Source: Gnetum montanum (taxonomy: Eukaryota; Plantae; Gnetophyta). From it: DNA of 64,000 bases. Shown here piece after piece: positions 24,600-38,345 of the stretch. The notes under the pieces are model-generated. The model saw only the letters and a list, made by a program, of their open reading frames with translations, did not search any database and was not told where the DNA came from. Location: the NCBI GenBank assembly GCA_015680685.1, contig MNCI01002112.1, positions 432,932 to 496,931 of the forward strand, written 5' to 3'. Each line of letters starts with the position of its first letter. Position 1 is the stretch's first letter. The position numbers and the translations under genes were made by a program.

Positions 24600-27500
24600 T
24601 GCAGGTATAGGAGGCATGTTGAAGGATTGATGAAAAGTAACCAAATCCTATCTATGACATAGATAGATTTGAAAATTTTGCAGAAGGCCTAGTTGTGAGA
24701 CTTGTGGTGTTGAAACAACTAAAGGATGACTTTAGAAAATATACTTCATGGTTTTCTCAAGTCTACCATAATTGTTTGGCCACTAAAAATGGTCATACTT
24801 GGTGGGATCTTGCAGATCTTGGCATACATGCACTTGTGATTTTCAAGGTCCTACATTGCCTAAGCTAGCTAAGTAGTTTTTTCGTATAATTTTTGTTCAT
24901 GTAATGTCATTGATTTCTAGTTTTCTTACTTTGAAATTACTTTGGCCTTAATTATTTGATTAGTTTCAATGGTTTGGTTGTAAATTTAATTTCAATTTAT
25001 TATGTTTATTATTTTTTGATTTTGTATGGTCTACCTATGCCAAAAGCTAATGGGCTATTCACATTGGTTGTAGGTCCTATGACAAGATCTACTATTCTTG
25101 TGATCATCTTAGGATGTGAGGAGGAAAAGATCATTCTTAAGTACATTGAAGTAGAATCAGTGTAAGAGCAGTTAGGAATCAAAGCACCTAGGAAAATCTA
25201 GCAAAGGATCATTAGTGCAGGTTTACTTGATTTTTTCATGCTTTATAGCTTATCAATGCCTACTACAAAAATGGTGATTGTAATTGATTCCTTTGAAAAA
25301 GAAGTTAAGAAAATTCATCTCTCATGTTCATTGTGTGTCTATTACCTCAAGCATCAATAAATCCACATTAGTGATCTCTTTAGTGTACCTTATGATGGCA
25401 TCAAGGTTTCCACAAGAGCATGGAAAGAGGTGAGCCATAGAGAGAATGTTGAAGAGTGGCTTAATTCTCGTGCTAGTAGAGGATTGACCTTAGATCAATG
25501 TAAATTCATAGAGGCAAACGATATGTATCCTTTATTCAAATCTAAAGAATTTCCATTATTGCTATCATAGTAGAAGACCCTTAGTATTTGGTAGGCTTGG
25601 ACCATGAATAAGGTCCTCACCAAGGGTACTAAATTCAATTGTGCTACATTCTTAGTCTCTAGGCTAAAATAGGAGATTCAAAAATTTTGCAATAACCTTG
25701 ATACGATATGCCACATGCACTTTGAATTTTTTGCTACATATCTAAGAAGCTTTGCAAAATTCCTATTGGTCAATAAGGATTGAAAGTGGATGAGTAATGA
25801 TCTCTCCTAATTTTTCAAGCCTTGGGTAAAACACATTGTTTCAGTTATGTAGTTTTAGGACCCACCAATTGAAGATGTTGGAGAATCACTATTAGTTAAC
25901 ACTACGAAATTTAGTGGTGTACATTGTTCTTCCCTTGATAGCATGGGGAAAAAACCTCATATTACCCATGGGAGTACCAAGAGATCTAAAGAGGTATGTG
26001 CACAGGTTGATGGTGTAGCCAAGGCAAGGTTGAAAAGGCCACGAGTTGAAAAAATAGTTCCTATGTTGAAAAACCATTAAGGAAGAACATATCCCTTAGG
26101 TTTGACAAGGCACATCATACTATTTCAGGTATGTTTTATATGATTTTTTTATTTTTTATTTATTATGTCATTTTCTATATTTATTTTTTATATATTTTTA
26201 TTTTTTTACATAAAATTCGCTAACTTGTCCTATGTTTTGCCTTTGCAATTCTTGCAAGGAAGTGACAAGAATTGGTAGCCTAGGCAGTGTCACAGGTGGA
26301 GTAACGAAACCAAGAAGAAAAATCACTAAGCAAACAAGAGGAAGATAAAGGAAATCTAACAAAGCATTAGATGCCCTAGATGCTATAGTTGAAGATTCAA
26401 CATTTGATGAGAAACCTCCTATTGACATTCCACATGGTCTTCCAGGTACTTATGCATTTTAGTTTGTGCATTTTTTATAGTTTTATGGTAAAGTTTGTTT
26501 AATTTTTTTTAATTGTGTTGATAGTAATATTTGTTGTAGTTCTTGAAACTCTTCCAAAGGCATTCACCTCTACATTTCATTTGAAGCCTTGGGCTAAGGC
26601 TCTAGACAAGACTGAGTTTATTCAAGGAATGGTAGAAGACATGGTTAATATGTTGCAACAAGTAGCTCTTGATGTTGGTAAGAATAGTTAGCATATTCTA
26701 CCTTAATAGTTTACCATTTATATATATTTTTTTCATATTTTTATAGCTTTCTATGTTTTATGCCTACATGGTTGTAGTAGTTTAAAGTGTTTTTTGTTGC
26801 CTTTGTTTCTTACTATTTTTAAGTGTGTATATATATATATTGCAATGTCCAAGCTTAGATGGGATCCTAAGCATGATGTTGAACTTGATGAGTTACCTAC
26901 ACTACTACTTGATGTGAAAAATGTTCCATGAAAGTTGTATGAGGGGATCACTAAATGTGCCCTCTCATGTGCTTGGACATCTTGGGAGTTCCAACACTTT
27001 AATGAATTTCTATTGGAAAGGGTTATGGCTTTGTAGAAAAAAAACAAGTGACAAGTAGCTGAAATTAGGAACCTTAGAGATAGCAAAGAGTTTATAGAGG
27101 TTCATGTAGTCAATAGAGACTCCTTGCGTGATAAGGAAATTGAGTGGTCATGCTATTGGAGTGCCATCAATGTAAAAGTTACTCTAGTTAGGATCAATGC
27201 CAAAAAGGACATATATATGAATTTATTGATGCGTAAGATTAGAGATTGGAGGAATTACTATGCTTTGTTTCTTGAATGGGATAAGAAGCAAAAGGACCAC
27301 CAGTTATAGTACAAGGAAGAAAAAGAAGGCTACCTCAAGCAGCTATAGGACGAGGTTGTGAAGAGTTGAAAGCTTGAAATGTTTATGCAAAGAATAAATG
27401 TAGAGTGTACTTTCAAGCTATTCAAAGACTCTCTAGTAGTGTTTGATTTCCCTACTCTTCATATCACTACTGCTTCCAAAGAGGCTACTACTACTTCAGT

Positions 27501-30500
27501 TTCTTGAGAGCCTCTAGAGTGGACCAATGTTGAGAGGAGGAACATCTTAATAGATGTAGATCTTGGAGAAGTAGACTGTTGGCGACCGTTTGGGACGCGA
27601 TCGCCAACGAGTGTCCTCGAACAGGATTTAGGTGCCTGCTGGTCTCTGGCAACACCAAGGCCCAGATACCTCCAAATAACTCAGTAGTTAATGTGAGTAT
27701 GTGCGTGTGCTGTTGTGGCGTGTGGTTGTGTGCAATGTAACGATTGCGTGTGTGTGAAATACAACTGACTTACTTTAAAGAGTTTCAGCCAACTTTATCA
27801 AGTACTGTGAGTCGTTGAGAGTTTCCTATTTTGTTCAAACTACCTAGTCTATGCGGTCCCTATAATACCTGCTTGTAACAATTAAAATTTTGCATAAACA
27901 TTTGAGCACAACTCCGCAAATCTACTCCTAATTTTCCCCAGAGAGAGATATATAGTTCCACAAGAAAACTAGAAATAGAGCAAGATTCAAAGGAAATAGA
28001 CAGAAAGAAAAGAAAGCAGATTTGTGTGGACCTCAAATATTTAAACAAGGTAAAATGACACGAGTAAACACTTCGCAATAAAGCTATTCCAAATTCAATA
28101 TCTATGAATTGTTCAAACTTCCAAGACTCAAACAAGCAATATCTTCAAGACAATCCTACTGTACTACCAAAAATTGCTGCGTAAACTACCATGTACGAGA
28201 CTCCATTTTGGCTAGACAGTAGATGTCAACGATTGCATTTAAACAGAACCTTTAAAAGACTTGACAATTTCTGATTGAAATAACACGGAAAATCACTCTA
28301 AAGATAAAAAGAAGCTATTCTGGTCCCATCAAAATACCAAAGATTTTCTGAACCCTCTCGACTACCAAATTGTTCCACGGCGTGACTACAAACAGAGGCT
28401 CTCTTCCAACAATCCAATAGCAGTTCCCAAACGTTGCACAATAACGAAATTTACTACTAAAATGCTCTCAAGGCTTTTTGAACACAAGCGCTTCTATGGC
28501 AAAATTTTAACAGAAATTCCTATTGGGCAACAAGAACAATAAGAGCAATCTAAAAATCCCAAAATTACTTGCCAAGAATGATACTACCTAAACCACTAGC
28601 TAAGCAATTAAAACAAAACAAAAATGAAATGCATAACTCACAGGACCATGACAAAGAGGCTGAAATCTTTATTCTAGCAAATCATCTTGCAAATCATCTT
28701 CTTTACAAATCTTCAAAGTGTGATAATGATGCTTTCTTCCTTCTTGATGTGATGTCTTTTTTCCTTCTTGATGTGATGTCTTCCCCCTTGATGTGATGTC
28801 TTCCCCCCTTTCCTTCCTTCCCTTGAAGCCTATTTATAGGATTCCAAGGTAGGTAGGGAAGTTACAATTTCAAAAATATCTCTCCTAACTTTTCTCTCAA
28901 GTAACTTGACTAACCAATTAGAGAATTCCTTGCCCAACAAGTTAGGAGGTTACTTGCCCAACAAGTTAGGTAAGTTACAACAATTTTAGGTGGTTTTAAC
29001 CACAAAAGAGATAAAAAAGGTTGTAATTGACAAGTGGCCTTGGTATAATATAAAATTAAAATACAATATATGTCCCTTTATTTTGCTTATTCAAATGAAA
29101 GGTCAACTTTAAAATATCAAAAATATCTCAAATATCTTTCCCAACTTCTTTCTTAAATAATTAGACTAACCAATTAGAAGATAAGTTAGGAGAAGGTTAA
29201 GTAGTTAGGGAGTTAGGAAATTATGCATAAAATGAGGAGCATTTTATGCTAATTTTAATATAATGAGAACTTCATAGGGTAATTAAAGTTGCAAATCTTC
29301 AATGGCATTTCATAACTTGGGATAATTGGAAGCATGTCTCTAAATCAAGGTGCCACATTATAAGTATTTCAATGGTCATAATATGTGTATTATATATGTT
29401 TGATTAAACCACCGATACTCCCGTGAAGCTATAGATTAATATTTATTTTATATGTGCTTTGGTGCAAAGTTTGTGGTTAAAACATTGGTGTTGTATGTAA
29501 AAATCGCGCGTCACCGTGGAGGTTTTATCGGTTTCAGGCAACGGTCTTTCTCCTTCTTTTTTGGCGAGAAACTGCACCGATTCAAACTGTCCCNNNNNNN
29601 NNNNNNNNNNNNNNNNNNNNNNNNNNNNNNNNNNNNNNNNNNNNNNNNNNNNNNNNNNNNNNNNNNNNNNNNNNNNNNNNNNNNNNNNNNNNNNNNNNNN
29701 NNNNNNNNNNNNNNNNNNNNNNNNNNNNNNNNNNNNNNNNNNNNNNNNNNNNNNNNNNNNNNNNNNNNNNNNNNNNNNNNNNNNNNNNNNNNNNNNNNNN
29801 NNNNNNNNNNNNNNNNNNNNNNNNNNNNNNNNNNNNNNNNNNNNNNNNNNNNNNNNNNNNNNNNNNNNNNNNNNNNNNNNNNNNNNNNNNNNNNNNNNNN
29901 NNNNNNNNNNNNNNNNNNNNNNNNNNNNNNNNNNNNNNNNNNNNNNNNNNNNNNNNNNNNNNNNNNNNNNNNNNNNNNNNNNNNNNNNNNNNNNNNNNNN
30001 NNNNNNNNNNNNNNNNNNNNNNNNNNNNNNNNNNNNNNNNNNNNNNNNNNNNNNNNNNNNNNNNNNNNNNNNNNNNNNNNNNNNNNNNNNNNNNNNNNNN
30101 NNNNNNNNNNNNNNNNNNNNNNNNNNNNNNNNNNNNNNNNNNNNNNNNNNNNNNNNNNNNNNNNNNNNNNNNNNNNNNNNNNNNNNNAGAGTGGACCAAT
30201 GTTGAGAGGAGGAAAATCTTAATAGATGTAGATCTTGGAGAAGTAGACTAGACCAACATGAGTGAAGAGTAAGTTCTTCATAGGTTGGATATTGGTATCC
30301 TTAGCTTTCTCCTAAAAGACCTTGCTACAGACTCTCTAAAGGTTTGTTTTAGAGGTTTTAATTTAACATTTTTTAAACTTGAAATTTTTTTGTTTTTTTT
30401 TATTTTTTGTGGTTATGTTTTGGCTATAATGACTATTAATTAAATTTTTTATTTTATGTTTTTGTTGCATGCAGGCTTCAAGTGATGGCAACGATCCTAA

Positions 30501-30560
30501 AGGTAAGGTTGCTGATGATGTTTCTCCTCCTCTAGTTTTACCTTAGGCATACTAGTCTTA
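24600..30560 (+). pseudogene. Degenerate multi-exon TE-associated gene of unknown family (copy B), interrupted by an LTR at 27577
   Basis: VIDSFEKE...SHRENVEEWLNS...YPLFKSKEFPLLL. Donor-like CAG/GTATG ~26129, CAG/GTACT ~26446, AAG/GTTTG ~30342, each followed by a T-rich tract and an acceptor-like site. Confidence 0.55.
27577..29593 (-). mobile_element. Young LTR (solo or partial) of the same Tat family as 40894-53803, running into a gap
   Basis: TGTTGGCGACCGTTTGGGACGCGATCGCCAACGAGTGTCCTCG is the reverse complement of the LTR ends at 44236 and 53803. Homology continues through R/U5 and the promoter. Many CpGs are retained. Confidence 0.9.
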
Positions 30561-31449
30561 TCCTGTTTTTGGTCATTTTAGTTATGGTGTTGATTTTTGT
30601 TATTCATAGAAGTTGGGGACAATGAGAAATTTTATTATTATTCATTGTTACACAATACAACTAAGTCTATAGGACACTCTATTCATTTTTGTCAATTTTA
30701 ACATTTTTATCATACAGTGTGACTATGGCTGTTGGCATGGATATTTTGGCTATAATATTTTAAATTTGTATATTTTTTAGAATTTTTATTTTTATGTATT
30801 TTATGTTTTATTTGTATAAATAAGTATATATGTTTAAACTATAAGTCCATACAGAAAAACTTGTAATGGAATGTAAATGTAAGGTAATCAACTGATGAAA
30901 GTGTAGAATACATTGTAATAGGTTATAATGTGGTAGGAAAAATACTAAAATTGCATTACTAGATTAAGGCCTTGGTAGGCTACCAATTTAAGGCCTTGCC
31001 AAGACATGATTAAATTTTTATAGATTTCTATGTTTTAAAATTTTAAGGTGTTTTCATGGTTTTTAAAGAAAAGCATAAAAGAGAAATCATCAAAGTGAAA
31101 AAATTATAAATCACATGCAAATGTGTAGAAGTGAGGATAAGTAGTTATAATAAGGCTAAAACAAGATAAAGCATGATGAAACAAAATGGCACATGTATAC
31201 AAAAGGTTAAAATTAGGCTCTAAAATAAAAAGAAAAAGGTCATATGATTTTAACATAGGGTTCAATGAGTAGAAAATGTATTCAATTGTGCAACTATTTC
31301 CTAATTTTTGAAAGATTAGTAAAAGTATACTACCTCTATTGCACAATCTTGTACTTTCCATTTCCCTCACTAACAATGTTAAATGGGAGCTTTTCCCACA
31401 CCTCTTTCATGGCTTAGTTGTCTTTGGTCTTGGCTTGGTCAACTCCATT

Positions 31450-34400
31450 GGGCCTCTTACCTTCACTCTTGATAGTAGAAGTTTCTTCTTTAAACTCCAC
31501 TTTAGATATTTGTTCCAAGTCAATGTTATTGATTGATAAATAGACCACACTATTACCATGTATGATTATTTTACCTTCCTTGTAAGACAAGTGAATTTCT
31601 TGGTGGATGGGGGAGGAAACTTCTAGTAATTAAGCTAACTAGGAAATCCCTATGATTTCATTAAATCCTAGTGTCTCTTCCATCATTAAGAAGTTGGTAG
31701 ATGTGTGGAATTACTCCCCTGCTATGAGGTCTAGGGAGATAGAATGCTTCACTGCTACCTATGATCCATTGTAGGATTTGAGAGAAGTAAGAGTGGTTTG
31801 CATGTGCTTTGCTAGGCCTAGATGCTAAACAATTGTAAAAGGTAGAACATTAATATCTACTTTGTCATCAACATGTACCCTATGTATTTTATATTTTCCA
31901 ACTATTATGGTTATAAAGAGAGGAGTCCTCATTATCTCGCCATCCTATAGGTTGGTATTTACCTCACTATCATGACATACTAGGATAGTTGAATTCATTT
32001 CTTTCTTAAGAGAAGTTGGCATCATTACTGCATGAATGGATTCCTCACTATCATGAATATCCTCACTAAGCAAAATTGAAGTTAGCATCCTCACTAAGGC
32101 TTCATAGTGAGAAAAGGAGGTCATTACTAGATCATATAGGTTCAACAAGGTGTTTTTTTGTTTTATTGAAAGTTTCACCTACTCCATGGCATTGAGGAAG
32201 CCCTTATCATTGGTCATTTTGTTTTATTGTTATTATTCTTAAATTCCTCCATTCTACCTAGGGTTTTAACCTTATGCTTTAATGTTTGTGGTTTGCACCC
32301 CATGCCTTTTTCATGTGGTTTATAGTCCTCCCTAGGTTGACTAGTTGAAGTAGTTTGAGCATTGGAGCTCATAGAGATGGTAGATATAGGTGTGGGCTTT
32401 AGTAGGTCCACTTCCTTCCACACCTTTATTTTCTTATTATCTTCGGTCTTATGCTTGGGAGCATGTTTCTTACATTGCTTAGTAGGTGAATTCTTGTTAC
32501 TAGGCTATGAAGAGGTTGTTGCATTAGCCACCATGGGAGGATGCTGGTCAACTAGGGTTGTAGGTCCAATCATAGTGTAACATAGCACTATGATGACAAA
32601 TTGGCAGTTTGGGAGGTGTAGGTGATGGTATCCATACGACTAAATGAGTTCTTGAATTTGATGAAGTTGAAGGACCCTTTTCATCAAGAGAAGGTATCTG
32701 AATCATAAATTTCTCCTTGATAGGTCTTGGACCATTACTAATGTTGAATGTTACTATTGTGTAATGGTTGCTATTTGCATTAAATGGATCTTTGTATACC
32801 TACATATGTTGATTCTTGAGCCTAATTGGATTGGAAGTATCTAACAATAACTCTTCATTGTCTATCATCTTTTGCAAGTCATCCTTTAAGCCAAGTAGAA
32901 ATTGGTATCATGACTAGGTAGCTGATGATAGTGGTAGAATTGGTCTAATTTGAAATATTTTGGCATTGGTGGATCATCCTTCATTGCTAAAATGGGATCC
33001 TTAGCAATCTCATAGAATCAATCATACCTATTATAGGAATTCTTTGTCATTTGCTTATACTAGATACAACCACTTTTGAGCAACTAGTCAAGGATCTTAG
33101 ATGGTTTCAAGTGCAACTTTTTGTATTTTAACATATCCTTTCTATAAAATTTAGGCCTAGCTTTATTAGAGGTAGAGGCCCCCAACATTGAAGATTGAGT
33201 GATTGCAGTAGGACCTTCTATGGATTCGATTTTGACCCCTATGTAGCTTTTGCTTCTTAGGCCATAGTGGTCACTACTACATGTTTTTGCTTTCCCCTAT
33301 TCCTATACTCTCTTATATGATGGTTCTTGTATGCTATGTAGGCTAGGTTATCACTAGCTTCAATGACATCTTCTATGCTTTTTATTTGAGAGAAAGCTTG
33401 GCTAAGGGCCCATAGGTTCAAGTAATAAGGTTTGGAAATGATAATGTCATTGGCCATCAACTTAAAAAATGTCTAGAAGGTAAGTTTTGACTATAGGTTT
33501 AGGAATATCATTAAGGAGAGTATTCCATTGTTGAATAAACTTAACATGTTCAAGAGGCCCCTACATCATTTTTATTAGATGATCAAGGATTGTGTTTCAT
33601 TTTAAATTATACTTAAAATGGTTGAAAAATTATGAGATCATGTCTTCTAACAAGGAAATGGACCCTCTAGGTAATGTGTGGTACCAATCCATGGCTTTCC
33701 TAGTTAGGGATATAGGGAAGATGTGCATAATAGTTTGAGGTCAGACTTGTAATAATAATCACTCAAAATGAAATGTATTAAGGTATGTGTTGGGATCACC
33801 CTTGTCATTATACTTGGTGAATTGGGAAATGGGAATGCTTGAAGGAAGAGTGATTTTTGGGGTGGTAGGACTAATGGGATCATCTTGGTAGAAGTTCATT
33901 ATTTTAACTGTCTATATGGTAGAAGCCTTAAGCTTTTATAGCTCTTTGGTAAGGTCTTAGATCATCTGGAAGGCTTGATCTAAGCCTTGGGGCATTCTAG
34001 TGGTTTTCAAGCTATCTACAAATGGCTACAAGGGAATTTGAAAGGATTGAGATCATGTGATGGAAAATGAAAATAATGGAAGAGGCTAGATGATCATGGT
34101 GATAGAGGGGTTGAACAATGAGAAGGAGATTTATGTTGGAACTTGACGGGTAAAAGGAGAAAAGGGAGTATGAGAGGACTAAATAGTTTAGGGTCTCATT
34201 GAGGGATTCACCAGGATGGAGAAGGGATGGGATGTGGTAAACACCATGGGTATTAGTCATGAAAAGTGAGGTTGTGTTGGATAGGTCATTAATGAGAAGG
34301 GGGAGATTGATTGAGGCATATGGTAAGCTGGATGTGTGGTGATACTGGGTGTTGACCCAAAAATGGTGGGATGAAAAGTAGAAGAAGAAGGTTGGAAAAC

Positions 34401-34900
34401 TTGTTCCATAGATAACATAGGAGATGAAAAATTAGGGATATTTGTTTGGAGAGCTAATTATTGAAAGAGGCTCTGGATGAAGGTGTCTAATTTTTATTCA
34501 ACCTTAAATTCATCTTTTTTCTCTCGAGGCCCATTGGAACTAATCTTCTTACTCCACTCATTGACATTTATAAGTTGTATTAACATGTGTGCATAGAAGT
34601 TAGTGAGGAAAATTTTATCATAGGATGATGGGATGTATTCTTTTCCATCTTGATGAATAATTTTGAACTGATGCTTATTGTCAAATTCAAAATGTTCTAT
34701 GAGAAGGCTAGATTGTATTTTAACATAGAGGAAATTATAAAACTTCTCAATGATCATGGAGAAGTCTTGGTTCTTGGCCCTCTACCTAAGAAATTGTTTA
34801 TTGTCTATGGTCATTAAGTATTTTGGATCATAGACATAGACTCTATCTTGGTTGGGAACCATGTAGGCAAGGTTGAGTGGCAATATGATTGACCTATGAA
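31450..34900 (-). pseudogene. Ogre/Tat-like gag-protease remnant (no RT or integrase seen)
   Basis: KYNDKGDPNTYLNTF...IFPISLTRKAMDWYHTLPRGSI (gag, ~33660-33830). RVHVDDKVDINVLP (protease, ~31845-31885). Confidence 0.7.
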
Positions 34901-35092
34901 AAGATATTAATTGAGGATTTAGCTAGGTTATGAATTACAAGTTTCAACAGATGAGACTACTCAGTGTATAAAAGACTTAACCTATGGAATATGGTAAAAT
35001 AGGCAACTTCAAGAGTAATGCTAGTGGTAGAAGCAACATTGTTCACTACATTGGTAAATATTAAATAATTAATTTTCTTTTAAAAATTTTTA
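34766..35092 (+). repeat. Left copy of 327-bp host duplication flanking EVE2
   Basis: Colinear with 39692-40018; 13 mismatches counted, no indels. Confidence 0.95.
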
Positions 35093-35685
35093 GGATGTGA
35101 CTCCGCGAGCCACGACTAGAGCATGCAGTGCTTGTCTCAGGTTTATGTGGAACCTAGCAGGACTGTCAAAACATAGGAACATCTACCTAGGACAATGATC
35201 CAAAAGACTCGATAGGCCATATCACATCCATGATATAGTGACAGGGCTCGACGTCAATAATGTGCTCTTGTCTCGACACTTCTCAAGATGAAGCAATTCT
35301 ATCAGACTCTCCTAGCTGATCTTCTAACCTTTCTTTAGCAAACGCGACTGATTCGGGCAGCGACTGATTACGGTACACCTAATCAAGAGAGAATTGGCCG
35401 CAACACTAGGGTTTCTCCAGGAAAACACAATGCAAGTGGATTTTAGTAGAATGTAGCAACGATTCACAAGTAAACTATTAATGTGATACCCATAAGAATG
35501 CAACATATGAAAATTGGGTAACCAAGGATTAGGAACACAACTTCTATATCTTCTTGATTCATATTATAGGCTTGTAGACAGACATGCAAACTTGCAGAAC
35601 TTCAGAATTGACTCTTCGACTTCAAATCCTCTCTATTGCTATTGCTCTTTTTTTTTGCTCTCTATTCTTGGTTTTCCATGCCTCT

Positions 35686-35805
35686 TATTTATAGAAATTG
35701 AGGTTGGGTTTGGTGTACAAGCCATGCCAATGACTCACACACTTATCTAGATGTTACTCACACTTATCTAGATAGACACTATGACTCAGATGCTGTGACT
35801 TAGCA
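35686..35805 (-). promoter_or_regulatory. Probable EVE2 pregenomic-RNA promoter
   Basis: CTATAAATA at 35686-35694 (-) just after the polyprotein. Upstream are TGACTCA-like motifs (35731, 35782, 35796) and CACTTATCTAGAT twice. Confidence 0.65.
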
Positions 35806-36410
35806 TCCTTATCTTCAAATGTCTTTGAGGATAGCCTTGTGGACAGGACAAATTTCCCACGTGTTTTTGTACAATCAAGACAATATTTTATCAGCTTTGC
35901 AAGTTCAGACAACACATTGGATGGCGTTGACAATGATGCTTCCTCTGGCAGCGGTAACAACTTTGGAACTAATTGCTCATTCTCGTACCAATTTTTTTCT
36001 TCAAAGAAATTAATCCGTTGGAACGAACTACATAATTTAGATTCCCATTGTGTTGCACCGATGACATGGTTGAGATAAGTTCTAGCATTATCATTTGGGA
36101 ATAATGGCCTTCGGATGAGCAACAAGTTGTCTAGCACTTCTAGTTGAGACAAATCTGTTAAGATCCTTCGCTCGAGGCAGCTCCACCATAGATTGTTGAT
36201 GATACAATCTATCCTGCCTGCCATGTTGATGAATAGATCAAGCATAGGATATTGCTTGCTGATACTCATTGCAAAATCTTGAGGGAAGAACTTGATGATG
36301 AGGTGACACCATTGGACTCTGTCTTCTAGGCTATTCAACGGTCATGATAGCCAATCATCTATATCCTGTAATGGATTCTGAGAGCTACTACTTCCTTCAG
36401 GCTACAACAT
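35754..36410 (-). pseudogene. Orphan C-terminal domain of the EVE2 polyprotein
   Basis: In frame with the RNase H end NFLPNSLTKEL through three C-to-T-type stops. FINMAGRIDCI is shared with EVE1. Confidence 0.8.
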
Positions 36411-36429
36411 TTCTATCTAAGCTTGTGGC

Positions 36430-38345
36430 ATGAGTTCTTTAGTTAGAGAATTAGGTAAGAAATTAACTATTCTTGGTATCCTTTCCATTGAAAATTGGTA
36501 TTGGGTTAATAAGAACTTCCACTAGGCAAATCTCTATAGCTTTGGAGAAGGAGTGATCTTTCTCCTTAACAGGGCTGCAAGATTAGCTAAATCAGTATGC
36601 AAAATAAAATTACCTTAAATTAAGTAGATATGGAAATTCTCCAATCCTCTGATTGCTGCAAGTATTTCCTTCTCAGTTGGCCAATAGATTAATTCATGCT
36701 TATGAAATGAACCAGAAGCATATGCACAAATTTATTCATCATTTCTTGCACCTTTCCTTAGTAACACTGCTACCCAAGCATCATAGCTTGCATCTGTATT
36801 TAACACAAACCAACCTTTGATGATCGGATTAAGGGGTGGTAGGTTCTGACATTCATTCTTCAGTTGAATAACCTGTTCTGAAGCTTTCTTTGTCCAGTTG
36901 AACGGGACTTGATTCTTACACCATCTTATCTCTATATTTTTATCAGAAAACTTATTTATATGCTTAAAAACATAATTTACACATCCTAAAAACCTTAAAC
37001 ACTATTCTTTGTTTTCAAGGTGATCAGGAAATTAAGTGATCTTTTGGAGGACATGCGGCTGCATGTATATCTTTCCATCTTTGAGTTGGACTCCGAGAAA
37101 TTCTATTTCTCTTTTCCCAATTTGAAAATTTTGTGGATCTTTGGACAAACCAATCCCATGCTGCTTACACATCTTAGCAAACTACTGCAAATGGATGACA
37201 TGTTCTTCTATGGATTATGAGAAAATCAGGAATTCATCAATATAATTAGCAATAAATTTATGGTACCTTCTAAAGACTTTATCCATTCTATGCTGAAACT
37301 ACGATGGCACATTTTTGAGGCCGAATGGCATGCCTATCCATTCATATAGTCCTTGAGGTGTACTGGATGCAGTTTTATGGATGTCTTCTTCTGAGATTTT
37401 GATCTAATGGTACCCACTCTTACAATCAAACTTACTGAAATAAGAATTCACTGCAACCTTCTGGATTAAATTCTCCTTGTTTGGTAATGACCATTTAACA
37501 TCAATGGTTATGACATTCAAAGGAATGTAATTGATAACCATTCTTGCTTTACCTCGTTTTACTGTGGACTATGAAACTTGCACAAAAATAATTAGACTGT
37601 GAAGGTCTAATTAATCCCTTTTTTAGAAATTCTTCAATCTGTTTTTCCATCTCTTCTGTATCCACTGGGTTGAGTATAATTTTCTTGCTTTGAACTGGGA
37701 TATTATGAATTGTTGGAATAAAAGCAACTAGACTATCCTTGTCCTTAAATCTAATGGGTGTTCATTGCAACATGCTTGTAATTCCTGAAAACAGAGAACT
37801 AACTTATGGTCTTTAGTATTTACATCTATATGGGCTTTCTTGAGCTGTTGAAAATGCTGGTACTTTGCTCTTGCAATGTCTTCCATCTCATACTACGAGA
37901 TTATCTTTGAAACTGTAGGATTCTATTTGAACTACTTCAACTAAGGGTGCTTATTTCATTGCATAGCTGCTGGGATCCTTCATATGATAATCTTCGATCT
38001 TGGATCTTGAAGTGGAGATGAATAGACAATCATCTCTAGACCAACTATGTAAGGACCTATGCAATCCATAAAGTGTGCTCCTAAGCCAATGTCAAATCCA
38101 CTATCCAAACCTTGCACAAAATTGGTTGTGCCCACATATTCATCATTAAGCAAGATAGGGATATTAAATGGAAAATGAGACAAAATTCTAACACCATTCA
38201 TAGTTTCCAAAGTAACTGGCTTAGTGTTTTCTTCCCATTTTTCTAGCACATTCTTATGGAAAAAATTTAAAGTAGCACTTGTGTCGATGAAGGCTTGATA
38301 TTTTCTCCATTTCTTGTCACCATCCACTACAATCTTGATTGGAAT
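36430..38345 (-). pseudogene. EVE2 aspartic protease, RT and RNase H
   Basis: ORF 37980..38327 (FIDTSAT). RT motifs GKARMVINY, FSKFDCKSGY, MPFGLKN. RNase H EKEILAAIRGLENFHIYLI. Confidence 0.92.

Noticed and set aside
29452-30222. Long ORFs spanning N runs (also at 7723, 45849, 53329)
   Set aside because: Artefacts of translating assembly gaps.
30244-30253. TAGACTAGAC as an excision footprint
   Set aside because: It fits the host frame as GTA GAC TAG(TGG) ACC AAC, echoing upstream W-T-N, so it is probably the native empty site.
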